The translations under genes and the position numbers were made by a program. Positions 31,005-40,376 of a DNA stretch of 64,000 nucleotides are shown here, piece after piece (the stretch's first letter is position 1; every line of letters starts with the position of its first letter). The stretch spans positions 67,560 to 131,559 of the forward strand of contig DATMNC010000011.1 in NCBI GenBank assembly GCA_035569395.1, written 5' to 3'. The notes below the pieces were generated by a model. It saw nothing but the letters and a program-made list of their open reading frames with translations. It was not told where the DNA came from and made no database searches. This stretch comes from Thermoanaerobaculia bacterium. GTDB lineage: Bacteria > Acidobacteriota > Thermoanaerobaculia > Gp7-AA8.

Positions 31005-32996
31005 ATGTTCGACACAATCCTTGGCTCCCTGACGACCTCTCTCTGGGTGGTTGTCGCGATGGGGCTCGTGGGCCTCGTCCTCCTGTTCTCGATCCACAGG
31101 ATCGGGCCCACGGAAGTAGGTCTTGTGATTAAGCGGTTCAGTTGGTCCAAGCTGAGCGACGGTAACGTCATCGCATTCAATGGCGAGGCCGGCTACCAGG
31201 CAGACCTGCTGATGCCCGGCCTGCGCTTCAAGCTCTGGCCAATGTACGGCGTGGACAAGCGTCCGTTGGTGCAGGTGCCAGCCGGCCAGATCGGCGTGGT
31301 CATCGCTCAAGTAGGTTCAGCCCCGCCGACTGGCGCGAAGAGCGTCGAATACAAGCAGCAGTTCGGGAACTTCTCTGATCTGGGCGTGTTCGTGAGGCAA
31401 GGCGGCCAGAAGGGCATCCAGCGCCCGGTGTTGCCCGGCGGCACCGTAGGACCCATTCACCCCATAGGCTTCCTCGTCATCACAGCGGACCGAATCTACG
31501 GTGAGCCCATCAACGACGAGCTGCGCCGGCAGAGCAAGGGCGACGAGCTGACCTGTCAGGCCTGGGGCCTGGAGCGCAAAGATCTCACGGTCACCCGCAT
31601 TGGCGCTGAGCGAGGCATCGACATGGTCGGTGTCGTCACCGCGTTGGACGGGCCGCCACTGGAGCCGGGTCAGATCGCGAGTCGCCTCGGCGGCTTCGAC
31701 GATATCCGAGCGGAGGAGAACTCGGTTGCCAATGACACCCCCGAGAATGTCCGTACGGCCGACCAGCGCCTCATCGAGTTGGTTCTTGGCAACAACAACA
31801 CGCAACACAACAACTACCAGGACTTCCAGGCGTTCCTGACCGCCGGCGGTCGCATCGGTCGTCAGCACGACCCGCTGTTGCCAGGTGCTTATAACCTGAA
31901 CCCTTTCCTCGTGAAGGTGGAACTGGTGCCGATGGTGGTCGTCGAACAGGGTCAGGTCGCCGTGATCAAGTCTTACGTTGGGTTGCCCACAGAGGACACC
32001 TCGGGTGCGGAGTTCAAGCACGGCTCGCTGGTGCGCCCCGGACATCGGGGTCTCTGGCAGGAGCCGTTGCGCACAGGCAAGTACGCCCTGAATCCGCACA
32101 TCTACGAGATCGTGATGGTCCCGACCTTCATCCTGACGCTGAACTGGGGCGAGGCCAACAGCAAGGCTCACAACCTGGATAAAGGCCTTTCCACCATTGC
32201 GGCCAAGAGCCAGGAAGGCTTCGAGTTCAGTATCGATCTGCAGGTGCAGATCCACGTTTCCGACGTCATGGCTCCACGAGTCATCTCCCGCGTCGGTTCC
32301 ATGGAGAACCTCATCAACGAGGTGTTGCAGGCGGCGGTGGGCAATTACTTCCGTGACACCTTGCAGGGCATGCCCGCGGTCAGGTTCATTCAGGAGCGCA
32401 GCAAGGTGCAGATCGAGGCCCAGGCTTACATCACAGGCCACCTGAAGCGCTACGACGTGGAGACGCCGGGCGCCTACATCCAGGACATCGTTCTACCCGT
32501 GAACCTGGTTGCGGTGCTGCAACAGCGCGAGATCGCAAACCAGGAAATCGAGACCTTCAAAAAGCGCAAGGAGGCTGAAGACGAGCGCGTCTCCATGGAG
32601 GCTGCGAAGGGCACGGCGGACATGCAGAAGGAGCTCGCGGCATCCCAGGTTTCTATCAAGATCAACGAGAACAAGGCGCAAGCCCGCATGAAGGAAGCGG
32701 AGGGCGAAGCCAGCTACCTCACCCAAGTCGGTCGCGCACGAGCCGTTGAGACCGAGGCCAAGGGTCTCGCGCTCGCGGCGGGCCTCAAGGCCCAGCAGGA
32801 TGCTGTCGGCAAAGAAGGCACGACGCTAGTCAACGTCGTGAGTCAGCTCGCCCAGGGCGGCAATCGTTTCGTTCCGGAGATCCTCATCGTCGGCGGCGAA
32901 GGCGGCGGCATCATCGGCGGGGTCGGCGCGCAGCTCATGAAGCTGCTCGGCGACGTCAACAGCTCCAGTACCGACGGCAAGGAGAAGGAGGCCTGA
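31005..32996 (+). CDS. SPFH/band-7 (flotillin-like) protein, large (663 aa) with long C-terminal coiled coil
   Basis: N-terminal TM helix, then GPTEVGLVIKRF (SPFH start); the C-terminus is rich in heptad-like EA/KA repeats (flotillin-type). Confidence 0.7.
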   Translation: MFDTILGSLTTSLWVVVAMGLVGLVLLFSIHRIGPTEVGLVIKRFSWSKLSDGNVIAFNGEAGYQADLLMPGLRFKLWPMYGVDKRPLVQVPAGQIGVVIAQVGSAPPTGAKSVEYKQQFGNFSDLGVFVRQGGQKGIQRPVLPGGTVGPIHPIGFLVITADRIYGEPINDELRRQSKGDELTCQAWGLERKDLTVTRIGAERGIDMVGVVTALDGPPLEPGQIASRLGGFDDIRAEENSVANDTPENVRTADQRLIELVLGNNNTQHNNYQDFQAFLTAGGRIGRQHDPLLPGAYNLNPFLVKVELVPMVVVEQGQVAVIKSYVGLPTEDTSGAEFKHGSLVRPGHRGLWQEPLRTGKYALNPHIYEIVMVPTFILTLNWGEANSKAHNLDKGLSTIAAKSQEGFEFSIDLQVQIHVSDVMAPRVISRVGSMENLINEVLQAAVGNYFRDTLQGMPAVRFIQERSKVQIEAQAYITGHLKRYDVETPGAYIQDIVLPVNLVAVLQQREIANQEIETFKKRKEAEDERVSMEAAKGTADMQKELAASQVSIKINENKAQARMKEAEGEASYLTQVGRARAVETEAKGLALAAGLKAQQDAVGKEGTTLVNVVSQLAQGGNRFVPEILIVGGEGGGIIGGVGAQLMKLLGDVNSSSTDGKEKEA

Positions 32997-33175
32997 AGAC
33001 AGGGTTGCCGGGTTGCCGCTACAGGAGCTTTTATGTTGATCCACGCCTGACTCGATCTCCTTGCCTCAGGAATCTGTTTAGACTTAACGACCCCCGCCCT
33101 GCGCGCACCCTTTTTGTTCACCACGAGGTAGGGAGATCGACCGGCACGACACTCCTCAGGTAACAGGTCCAATTC

Positions 33176-36100
33176 ATGGGCAAGACTGTCGATGCGACTG
33201 ACGACAAGGAGACCGGGCCGGGCGCGCGGCGCGCGCCGGTTGTGATCACAGTCGTCGTCCTGGCGGTGGTGGGGAGTCTGTACTACGGCTACTACCACGG
33301 GCAGGTGGAGTACTTCACCGGCCGCAATCTGCGCCTCCTGTCGATGCTCACCGCACAGGTCGAGGGGCGCGTGGAGATGTTCTCGGACTTCGTGAAAGCG
33401 CAGGCGAGTGCCGGCGCTTCGGAAGGACCGGACCCTTATGCGGGCTCCGGGATCAAGTTCGGCGATTGTGCGGGCTATGCGCCGGCGGGCGAAGTCCGGC
33501 GGGGCATCGACGAGACGGAACATGGCTGGCTGTTGCGGTTGCAGACGGCGGCGGCCGCCAATCCAGGTCTCGGCCCGCCGCAAGGCGCGCCCACATGCGC
33601 GACGGTCGAGATCGACGACCTGATCCGCCCGATTTTCGAACGGCCGGTAGGCGCCGCGTTCGATATGCTGCTGGTGGCCAAGGATGACGGGACGGTGCTC
33701 TACAGCGTCCGACCGCCGCAGGCGTCGTCGTCTCTCCTCCACCATGATGAGGAGTGGATCGACGAAGAGGAAGAGCCGCCACCGCCGGACACTACGGGCA
33801 CGGTGACCACGACGAGCGCCGCGCCGACGCCTGCGCAAAGAACTAAGGGGATGGAGGCGAAGAAAGCAGCTCCCTCAACCAACGCGGCAAACAGCGCCAT
33901 CGCTGACCGGGAAAGTGGTTCGACTCTCTCCATTACCACCCTGAAGGCTCTCAAGATCCGGAAAGGGTGGCGCGCCGATCCGGTGGATATCGATCTCGCC
34001 TCTCTGACCCGAGGCACAGGTCAACTCACAGTCACCCTCGGCGGTACCGACTATGTCCTCTTCACGCAGCCCTACACCCTCGCCCGAGCGGTCCCGGGCA
34101 CGAAGGACGGGGGGAGTCAGTGGGTCGTGTGCGGGCTGGTGTCGGCGTCGCGGTTTCGCTACGAGGTCTCCGCGGTTTCCACGACGATCATCCTTCTGGG
34201 CATCGCCATCGCGCTGCTGGTCCTCTGTTGCTGGCCGTTCCTACGGATCGCGCTCATCGACCCGGCCCAGGCACTGACGATCACCGACGTCGTGCTCATC
34301 ATCATGTGCACCATTATCGGAGCGGGGGTGCTCACGCTGGCGCTGCTCGACGTTTTCGCCTATCGCGGCATCACCGCCACGGCTGACGATCAGATCGAGA
34401 AGTTCAGCGGGACCGTAGACAGCGATTTCGGCCGCGATGTCGTCAGGGCGATGCATGTCCTGTGGCTGGCGGAGGAACGGACCCGGGGACCGGCGCTCGC
34501 GAATATTTCCAATCCGACGCAACCGCTTCCGGAGGAGCTCATCGCCGACCCACGCGTGGGCGAGTATCCGTACGTCGACTCGATTGCCTGGCTCGACGAC
34601 GACGGGATGCAGAAAGCGCGCTTTGCGCGCATCCTTCCCAGTCCGCGCCTCGACGTCAGCGGGCGGCAGTACTTCCATCTGGCGAAACTGGAGAGGACGT
34701 GGTCGGTGGCGGGTGTGCCATACGTGCTGGAGTGGGTGCGCTCGAAAGCGACCGGTGAAGTGCGGGCCATTCTGGCGAAGAAGACGAAGGAGGCGATTGC
34801 GTGGGACCAGAAGTCCGACGCGGAAAAGGCGACGGCCACTCCTCCTCCGTTCGCAGTGATCGTCATGTCGACGGAGCTCATCGACATCACCCACGCCGTC
34901 CCGCCGCCCGGCGTGCAGATGGCGATCATCGATGAGAACGGGGAGGTGATCTACCACTCCGACACGCAGCGTATCGGCTACGAGAACTTCTTCGCCGAGG
35001 CCGACCACAATGTGGATCTGCGTGCGGCGGTGGTGGCGCGGCGCGCGAGGCTGGTGAGCGCGTCGTACTGGGGCGAGGATCAATCGATGTACGTCCGTCC
35101 GCTCACGGGATCGAGCTGGACGCTGGTGACGTTCCGGGCGAAGCGTCTGACGCGAGTTCTGAACGTCGAGGCGACGCTTCTGACGCTGATGATGCTGCTG
35201 TTCAATTCGGCGCCGTATCTTCTGGTCTACATCATCGTGCTGATCCTCAAGCCGAGGTATCGGGCGCCGCGCCTGTGGCCGGACGAAAAGCGCCACGGCG
35301 ATTACCTGCGCCTGGTCCTGATCCTCATCGCGCTGATGATGCTCTCCTGCCTGAACAACTATGCGCTGGCGCCGTGGTCATCGTTCTACGGCATTGTGCT
35401 CATCCCGCTGCTGTCGATCGTGACGACGTACGTGATGTTGCACCGCACCGGCGCACCGCGGCCGCTGGCGATCGGATTGGCGGTCTGGATCATCGTCACG
35501 GTCCTGCTGGTCGTTCAGATGTCGTTCGCCAAAATCCATCCGGAGCGCGCCTTCGCCGCCTATCCGGTTCTTTCCCGAGCCTTCCTGGTGCTGGCGACGG
35601 TCATCGTAGCCGCGCTGACGTTGATGCTGATCGGTGGCTGGAAACACGGCGGGCCTGTCTCCAAGCTGCTCCGCCGCCTGCAATTGCGGTACGGCTATTC
35701 GACGCTCTACCGCGTCTGCGGCGTGTTGCTGATGTTGATCGGCGCGGCTCTTCCCGTGGTCGGCTTTTTCCGGATCAGCCGCAATGTCGAGCTGGAGCTG
35801 ATGGTGAAGTACGGCCAGTTGCGCTCCGCGGCCGGCCTGGAGCAACGCATCGATCAAATCGTGACGTTGAGCGCTCTGCCTACTCGCGCGAAGCCGGAAG
35901 TTACGAGGTATCTCTTCGCTGACATTTTCTCCGACCGGCTGGGGATGCTCTTCGGCAGCAGTTGGTCAATCGATCCCCCGGTGACCAACCCGGCGGTGCC
36001 GCGCGAGAGCAACGATGGATCGTGCCCCGAGGATCGGAATGCCGGCTGGACGGATCTGAAAAACCGCACGATTCCGACGTGGGCGTCGGACTGGCTGCCG

Positions 36101-37552
36101 GCGTTGTACGAAGACTCGCTGGCCATTCAGCCACTCTTCGAAGCGGGATCGTCCGACAACCTGTGGCACTGGTGTGTGAACCGGCAACAGATCAAGCTCG
36201 TTCGCAAGGTTCACTTTGACCGCGATGTGGCCGCGGTGGTCTGGAACGGCCGGGAGAGGGACGAGACGGCGGAGAAGATCGTAATCGACTCGCACCTGCC
36301 GCGCGCATCGTTCTGGAAATCGTCCCAGGAAAACACGCGCGATGCCGTCGGAACCGAACCGGCCGATTCCTCAGCGCTTCACGTTCTGACGATGATCCTC
36401 ATCGGCGTGCCGCTTCTTTCGATCTTCTGGTACGCGGCCGGTTTCGTCGCCAAACGCGTCCTGCTGATCGATGTCCACGAGCCCGACTGGCTGGCGCGCA
36501 AACCTCTCAGCCCCACCCTTGGCGACCACATCTTCCTCGTGCGCCGCGAACGCGACGTGAATACGCTGACCAACCACGAGGCCTTCGTCGATGTCTCCTT
36601 CGCCTCGCTCGATCAGGACGACATCTGGACGTCCGTCCTGGAGATGCTCGACAGCAGCGTGGCCGGCCGCAATGTTCGCGTCATCGATTTCGAGCACGGA
36701 ATCAACGACAGCACCGTGAACGCGAAGAAACTGCAGTGGCTCGAGCGCCTTCTGGCGCTGGCCGACCGTACGGTGATCGTCGTCTCGAACGTCAGTCCGT
36801 CTTACGTGATGACGACGCCGGCTCCGGCGGATACGGACGCGCCGGCGTACGCCGAGCGCTGGCGCGCACTTCTGCACCACTTCGTGATCGTGACAGCGGA
36901 GGAGTTGGACCTGCGTCACGAGGAATCGATGCGGCGCAACGCGACCGTGAGTCAGATTACGCCGCCGAAGAGCTGGCTGGCGAAAGAGACTGCGTACAAC
37001 GCCTTCCTGGGTCATCTTTCGAAGGAGCTCGAGGCGGACGACGACCTGCGCCGCACGCGCAAAGAGAGCGATCCTGATACCGACCAGCGCCGTCTACTCG
37101 ACGAGATTGGCGAGCGCGCCGAGACGTACTTTGCCGGCCTCTGGTCGAACTGCAGGGAGGACGAGAAGCTGCTCCTCTATCACCTCGCGCACAACGGCCT
37201 GGCCAACGCGCGCGCCCGCCGCACCATCCGCCGTCTGATGGCGCGCGGCCTGGTGCGCCGCAATCCGAATCTGGAGCTCTTCAGCGAGTCGTTCCGGCTC
37301 TACGTGCTGGAAGCCGCACAACGCGAGAACATCGTCAAGGTCGATCGCCAGACGCGAGGCGCCAGCACCTGGGACTCACTCCGCGTCCCCTTCTTCGTCA
37401 TCATCATCGCCTTCATCCTGCTCCTGTTCGCCACGCAGAAGGACATGCTGACGACGACGACGGCCCTGGCAACAGCGCTGACGACCGGCCTGCCGGTTTT
37501 GATGAAACTGATCGGGGTATTCACCGAGCGAAGGACGGAAGCGAAGGAGTAG
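33176..37552 (+). CDS. giant polytopic membrane protein of unknown function (1458 aa)
   Basis: Long uninterrupted ORF with several clusters of hydrophobic helices (around aa 20-45, 330-390, 650-800, 1290-1310, 1400-1425) separating large soluble segments. One extracytoplasmic segment has an acidic/Pro-Thr-rich linker. No Walker, kinase, GGDEF or other motif was recognised. Confidence 0.6.
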   Translation: MGKTVDATDDKETGPGARRAPVVITVVVLAVVGSLYYGYYHGQVEYFTGRNLRLLSMLTAQVEGRVEMFSDFVKAQASAGASEGPDPYAGSGIKFGDCAGYAPAGEVRRGIDETEHGWLLRLQTAAAANPGLGPPQGAPTCATVEIDDLIRPIFERPVGAAFDMLLVAKDDGTVLYSVRPPQASSSLLHHDEEWIDEEEEPPPPDTTGTVTTTSAAPTPAQRTKGMEAKKAAPSTNAANSAIADRESGSTLSITTLKALKIRKGWRADPVDIDLASLTRGTGQLTVTLGGTDYVLFTQPYTLARAVPGTKDGGSQWVVCGLVSASRFRYEVSAVSTTIILLGIAIALLVLCCWPFLRIALIDPAQALTITDVVLIIMCTIIGAGVLTLALLDVFAYRGITATADDQIEKFSGTVDSDFGRDVVRAMHVLWLAEERTRGPALANISNPTQPLPEELIADPRVGEYPYVDSIAWLDDDGMQKARFARILPSPRLDVSGRQYFHLAKLERTWSVAGVPYVLEWVRSKATGEVRAILAKKTKEAIAWDQKSDAEKATATPPPFAVIVMSTELIDITHAVPPPGVQMAIIDENGEVIYHSDTQRIGYENFFAEADHNVDLRAAVVARRARLVSASYWGEDQSMYVRPLTGSSWTLVTFRAKRLTRVLNVEATLLTLMMLLFNSAPYLLVYIIVLILKPRYRAPRLWPDEKRHGDYLRLVLILIALMMLSCLNNYALAPWSSFYGIVLIPLLSIVTTYVMLHRTGAPRPLAIGLAVWIIVTVLLVVQMSFAKIHPERAFAAYPVLSRAFLVLATVIVAALTLMLIGGWKHGGPVSKLLRRLQLRYGYSTLYRVCGVLLMLIGAALPVVGFFRISRNVELELMVKYGQLRSAAGLEQRIDQIVTLSALPTRAKPEVTRYLFADIFSDRLGMLFGSSWSIDPPVTNPAVPRESNDGSCPEDRNAGWTDLKNRTIPTWASDWLPALYEDSLAIQPLFEAGSSDNLWHWCVNRQQIKLVRKVHFDRDVAAVVWNGRERDETAEKIVIDSHLPRASFWKSSQENTRDAVGTEPADSSALHVLTMILIGVPLLSIFWYAAGFVAKRVLLIDVHEPDWLARKPLSPTLGDHIFLVRRERDVNTLTNHEAFVDVSFASLDQDDIWTSVLEMLDSSVAGRNVRVIDFEHGINDSTVNAKKLQWLERLLALADRTVIVVSNVSPSYVMTTPAPADTDAPAYAERWRALLHHFVIVTAEELDLRHEESMRRNATVSQITPPKSWLAKETAYNAFLGHLSKELEADDDLRRTRKESDPDTDQRRLLDEIGERAETYFAGLWSNCREDEKLLLYHLAHNGLANARARRTIRRLMARGLVRRNPNLELFSESFRLYVLEAAQRENIVKVDRQTRGASTWDSLRVPFFVIIIAFILLLFATQKDMLTTTTALATALTTGLPVLMKLIGVFTERRTEAKE

Positions 37553-37565
37553 GCGTACGCGGGTG

Positions 37566-37628
37566 GGCGAGTCTGACTCCGGCATCGGACTCGCCAACGA
37601 CCCACGGACTAGTAGTCCGTGGGTTTAG
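37566..37628 (+). terminator. tandem hairpins downstream of the giant gene (candidate bidirectional terminator region)
   Basis: Hairpin ggcgagtc-tgactccggcatcg-gactcgcc, then acccacggactagtagtccgtgggt followed by tttag. Confidence 0.4.
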
Positions 37629-37667
37629 ACGTCGCGATAAACTGCTCTCTTGATCCACGGAAGGAAT

Positions 37668-37743
37668 TGGCTCCGGCAGTAGGACTCGAACCTACGACCC
37701 ACGGATTAACAGTCCGTTGCTCTACCAACTGAGCTATGCCGGA
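37668..37743 (-). tRNA. tRNA-Asn (anticodon GTT)
   Basis: The reverse complement reads UCCGGCAUAGCUCAGUUGGUAGAGCAACGGACUGUUAAUCCGUGGGUCGUAGGUUCGAGUCCUACUGCCGGAGCCA. It folds as a cloverleaf with anticodon loop CUGUUAA, T-loop GGUUCGAGUCC, and an encoded CCA. Confidence 0.9.
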
Positions 37744-37791
37744 GTACTTGGCGCGGCGGGCGGCGGACGATAGCAAAGGGCGTCCACGCCG

Positions 37792-38244
37792 TCAACGTGG
37801 GGGCAAACCGAGGGGGGTCGCGGTGTATTTCGCCAGCACTGTGGTCAGCCGGGGGAGCAAATCGGAGAGCTCGGAGTACTCGAGCAGCTCGATGCCGCGG
37901 TCGCCGGCCACCATCGCCGTGCAGCGGGCGGTGTGGGCCGGGCGGTAGAGGCAGATTACGGGGATTCCGTAGTGGTAGCGGGCGGTGGCGATCTCGTATC
38001 CCACCCCGGTTGACGGCATGGAGACCTCGGCGACGAGGATGTCGGCGGCGGCGATCCAGCCGAGGTCGCGGTCGAAGATGGCGACGGAATCGATCGTTTC
38101 GCCGGATGACGTCACATGCTCAGCCGCGACGGCGCCGGCCAGGACGTGATGTCCCGCTGCTTCGAGCGCGGCGATGATCTCGCGATAGAGCGCGACGTCG
38201 GTGCGGCCACCGGAGATGGCTCCGGCAAAGTAGATCGTGCTCAT
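37792..38244 (-). CDS. DNPH1/Rcl-like 2'-deoxynucleoside 5'-phosphate N-hydrolase (nucleoside 2-deoxyribosyltransferase fold)
   Basis: IYFAGAISGGRTDVALYREII...EHVTSSGET...FDRDLGWIAAADILVAEVSMPSTGVGYEIATA...PVICLYRP aligns motif-for-motif with DNPH1 (YFxGxIxGGRxD...LY..I, ...VAEV..PS.GVGYE, ...L.RP). Confidence 0.7.
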   Translation of the reverse strand: MSTIYFAGAISGGRTDVALYREIIAALEAAGHHVLAGAVAAEHVTSSGETIDSVAIFDRDLGWIAAADILVAEVSMPSTGVGYEIATARYHYGIPVICLYRPAHTARCTAMVAGDRGIELLEYSELSDLLPRLTTVLAKYTATPLGLPPR

Positions 38245-38394
38245 CGCTTCATCCTGACGTGGAGCGCAGCGAAACGGTCAGGATCTCCGGTGGAATTGCG
38301 CGAACTGTGGGCGCAGGCAACGTTTTCGAGGCGCCACCGAAGATTCTGACATGTTCGCTGCGCTCACGGTCAGGATAGAGTACGAATAGAAACC

Positions 38395-39897
38395 ATGTCC
38401 CGAGAAATTGTCATCAACGCCGCGAAGCACGAGTCGCGTATCGCCGTGCTCGACGAGGGGCAGGTCGTCGAGCTGTGGGTGGAGCGGACGCGCCATCGCA
38501 CCATCGTCGGCAACATCTACAAGGGGCGCGTGACCAAGGTGCTGCCCGGGATGCAATCGGCGTTCGTCGACCTGGGGCTGGAGCGCGACGCGTTCCTCTA
38601 TGTCTCCGACGTCATCGAGGACCTGGAAGAATTCGACAACGCCGATTCGACGGACGATCTGACCCTCGATGACGTGCCGCAGCAGCGTGCCGAGGCTTCG
38701 ATCGCCGATCTGCTGCGCGAGGGGCAGGAGATCGTCGTACAGGTGTCGAAAGACACGATCGCCGGCAAGGGCGCACGCATCACCAGCCACATCACGCTGC
38801 CGGGGCGGTTCCTGGTCTACATGCCGACGGTCAATCACATCGGCGTTTCGCGGCGCATCGAGAACGAAGCGGAGCGCACGCGGCTCAAGGAGATCCTGGA
38901 GCGCATCCGTCCGGCCGGCTCTGGTGGCTTTATCGTCCGCACCGCGGGAGAAGAGCGCGAGGAAGACGAGTTCCGCGCCGATCTGAAATACCTCACCGAC
39001 CTGTGGGAGCAGATCCGGCGGAAAGCGGAGAAGGCGTCGGCGCCCACGGCGATGCATCACGATCTCGATCTCGTCCTTCGCACGATCCGCGACGTGCTGT
39101 CGCCGGAGTTCAAGAGTGTCTGGGTCGACTCCGTCGATCAGTACCAGCGCATCGTTGAGTTCCTCGACCAGATCCAGCCGAACCTCGTTTCGCGCGTGCG
39201 ACTGTTCCGGCGCGAGGAGCCGATCTTCGAGGATTTCAGCATCGAAGGGGAGATCGCCAAGGCATTGAAGTCGAAGGTGTGGCTCAAGTCCGGCGGCTAC
39301 ATCGTCATCAACCAGACCGAGGCCCTCGTGGCCATCGACGTGAACACCGGCAAGTACGTCGGTAAGCGCAACCTCGAGGAGACGGTCTTCAAGACGAACC
39401 TCGAGGCGGCGAAGGAGATCGTCCGGCAGATCCGCCTGCGCGACCTCGGCGGGATCATCGTCCTCGACTTCATCGACATGGAGGATCCCTCCAACCGGGC
39501 CAGGCTTTTCGAAGCGCTGGAGATCGAGATCCGAAAAGACCGGTCGAAGACGAAGATCCTGCAGATCTCGGAGTTCGGGCTGATCGAGATGACGCGCAAG
39601 CGCGTGCGCCAGAGCCTGGAGCGCTCGCTGACGCAGGCCTGTCCGTATTGCGGCGGCAGCGGACGCATCAAGTCGAATACGACCATCGCCTTCGAGATCT
39701 GGCGCGAGCTGATGAAGCTGCGCGACCTGCACGAAGGGCAGGACGTCATCGTCCGTCTCAACCCGGTCGTCTACAGTTCCCTGAACAACGCCAATGATCC
39801 GATCTTCGAGGAGATCGAGCGAAACCTCGGAGTCCATCTCGTTTTCAAGCCGGATGACTCGCTGCACCACGAGCAGTTTGACGTCATGCGGATATGA
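38395..39897 (+). CDS. rng: ribonuclease G (RNase E/G family)
   Basis: S1 domain IVGNIYKGRVTKVLPGMQSAFVDLG, DNase-I-like and zinc-link regions are present; 500 aa is typical of RNase G. Confidence 0.85.
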   Translation: MSREIVINAAKHESRIAVLDEGQVVELWVERTRHRTIVGNIYKGRVTKVLPGMQSAFVDLGLERDAFLYVSDVIEDLEEFDNADSTDDLTLDDVPQQRAEASIADLLREGQEIVVQVSKDTIAGKGARITSHITLPGRFLVYMPTVNHIGVSRRIENEAERTRLKEILERIRPAGSGGFIVRTAGEEREEDEFRADLKYLTDLWEQIRRKAEKASAPTAMHHDLDLVLRTIRDVLSPEFKSVWVDSVDQYQRIVEFLDQIQPNLVSRVRLFRREEPIFEDFSIEGEIAKALKSKVWLKSGGYIVINQTEALVAIDVNTGKYVGKRNLEETVFKTNLEAAKEIVRQIRLRDLGGIIVLDFIDMEDPSNRARLFEALEIEIRKDRSKTKILQISEFGLIEMTRKRVRQSLERSLTQACPYCGGSGRIKSNTTIAFEIWRELMKLRDLHEGQDVIVRLNPVVYSSLNNANDPIFEEIERNLGVHLVFKPDDSLHHEQFDVMRI

Positions 39898-39977
39898 GTG
39901 GGCCGGGTGTCGGGTGTCGGGGGTCGGGGGTCGGGGGTGGAAGTAAAACCAAGATCCTCTTCTCCGACTCCCGGCCC
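39898..39977. repeat. palindromic repeat element, family 3 (termini GGGAGTCGGG...CCCGACTCCC), copy a, with G-run tract
   Basis: The sequence is gggccgggtgtcgggtgtcgggggtcgggggtcgggggtgg...ctccgactcccggccc. It starts immediately after the rng stop (39895-97). It has at least five consecutive G3+ runs (G-quadruplex potential). Related copies are at 45356 and 50949. Confidence 0.7.
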
Positions 39978-40024
39978 AGATTCCACACGGCACGCCCCAT
40001 GCAGTTTGGCCAGTGAGAGTAGTC

Positions 40025-40324
40025 ATGTCTCTTGAAGACACCTTCACCAATCTTGCCTCGTTCCTGAACAGCCTCGATGCCGAGGGTGAACAGAAGTTCG
40101 AGCTGTCACACTCACTCGTGATCATCTGTCCTGATTGCGGGAAGAACATCGCCTTTCGCGGACGCTGTCCGAAGTGCGGCGGCAACTCGTGGATTCCGGC
40201 CGGCCATACCGGCGGAATCTTCGAGCAGATGAAGGCGCAGCGATGGCGGACCCAGATGCAGAGCGACGAGGACGACATGGACGTCGAAGTCCGCGAGATG
40301 GAGGAAGCGCGGCCGGACGCGTAG
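40025..40324 (+). CDS. small zinc-ribbon protein
   Basis: CPDCGKN...17 aa...CPKCGG form two CxxC pairs; the tail is acidic. Start chosen at the Met inside track ORF 40013..40324. Confidence 0.45.
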   Translation: MSLEDTFTNLASFLNSLDAEGEQKFELSHSLVIICPDCGKNIAFRGRCPKCGGNSWIPAGHTGGIFEQMKAQRWRTQMQSDEDDMDVEVREMEEARPDA

Positions 40325-40376
40325 GATAGGCGCGGAATACCGCGTCGCCATCGATCGATGCGCAACACGTTCCGGG

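Noticed and set aside
37566-37760. Integrative element at tRNA-Asn
   Set aside because: No integrase or recombinase gene and no convincing direct repeat of the tRNA 3' end; only a short anticodon-arm-like hairpin, which is kept as a low-interest note.
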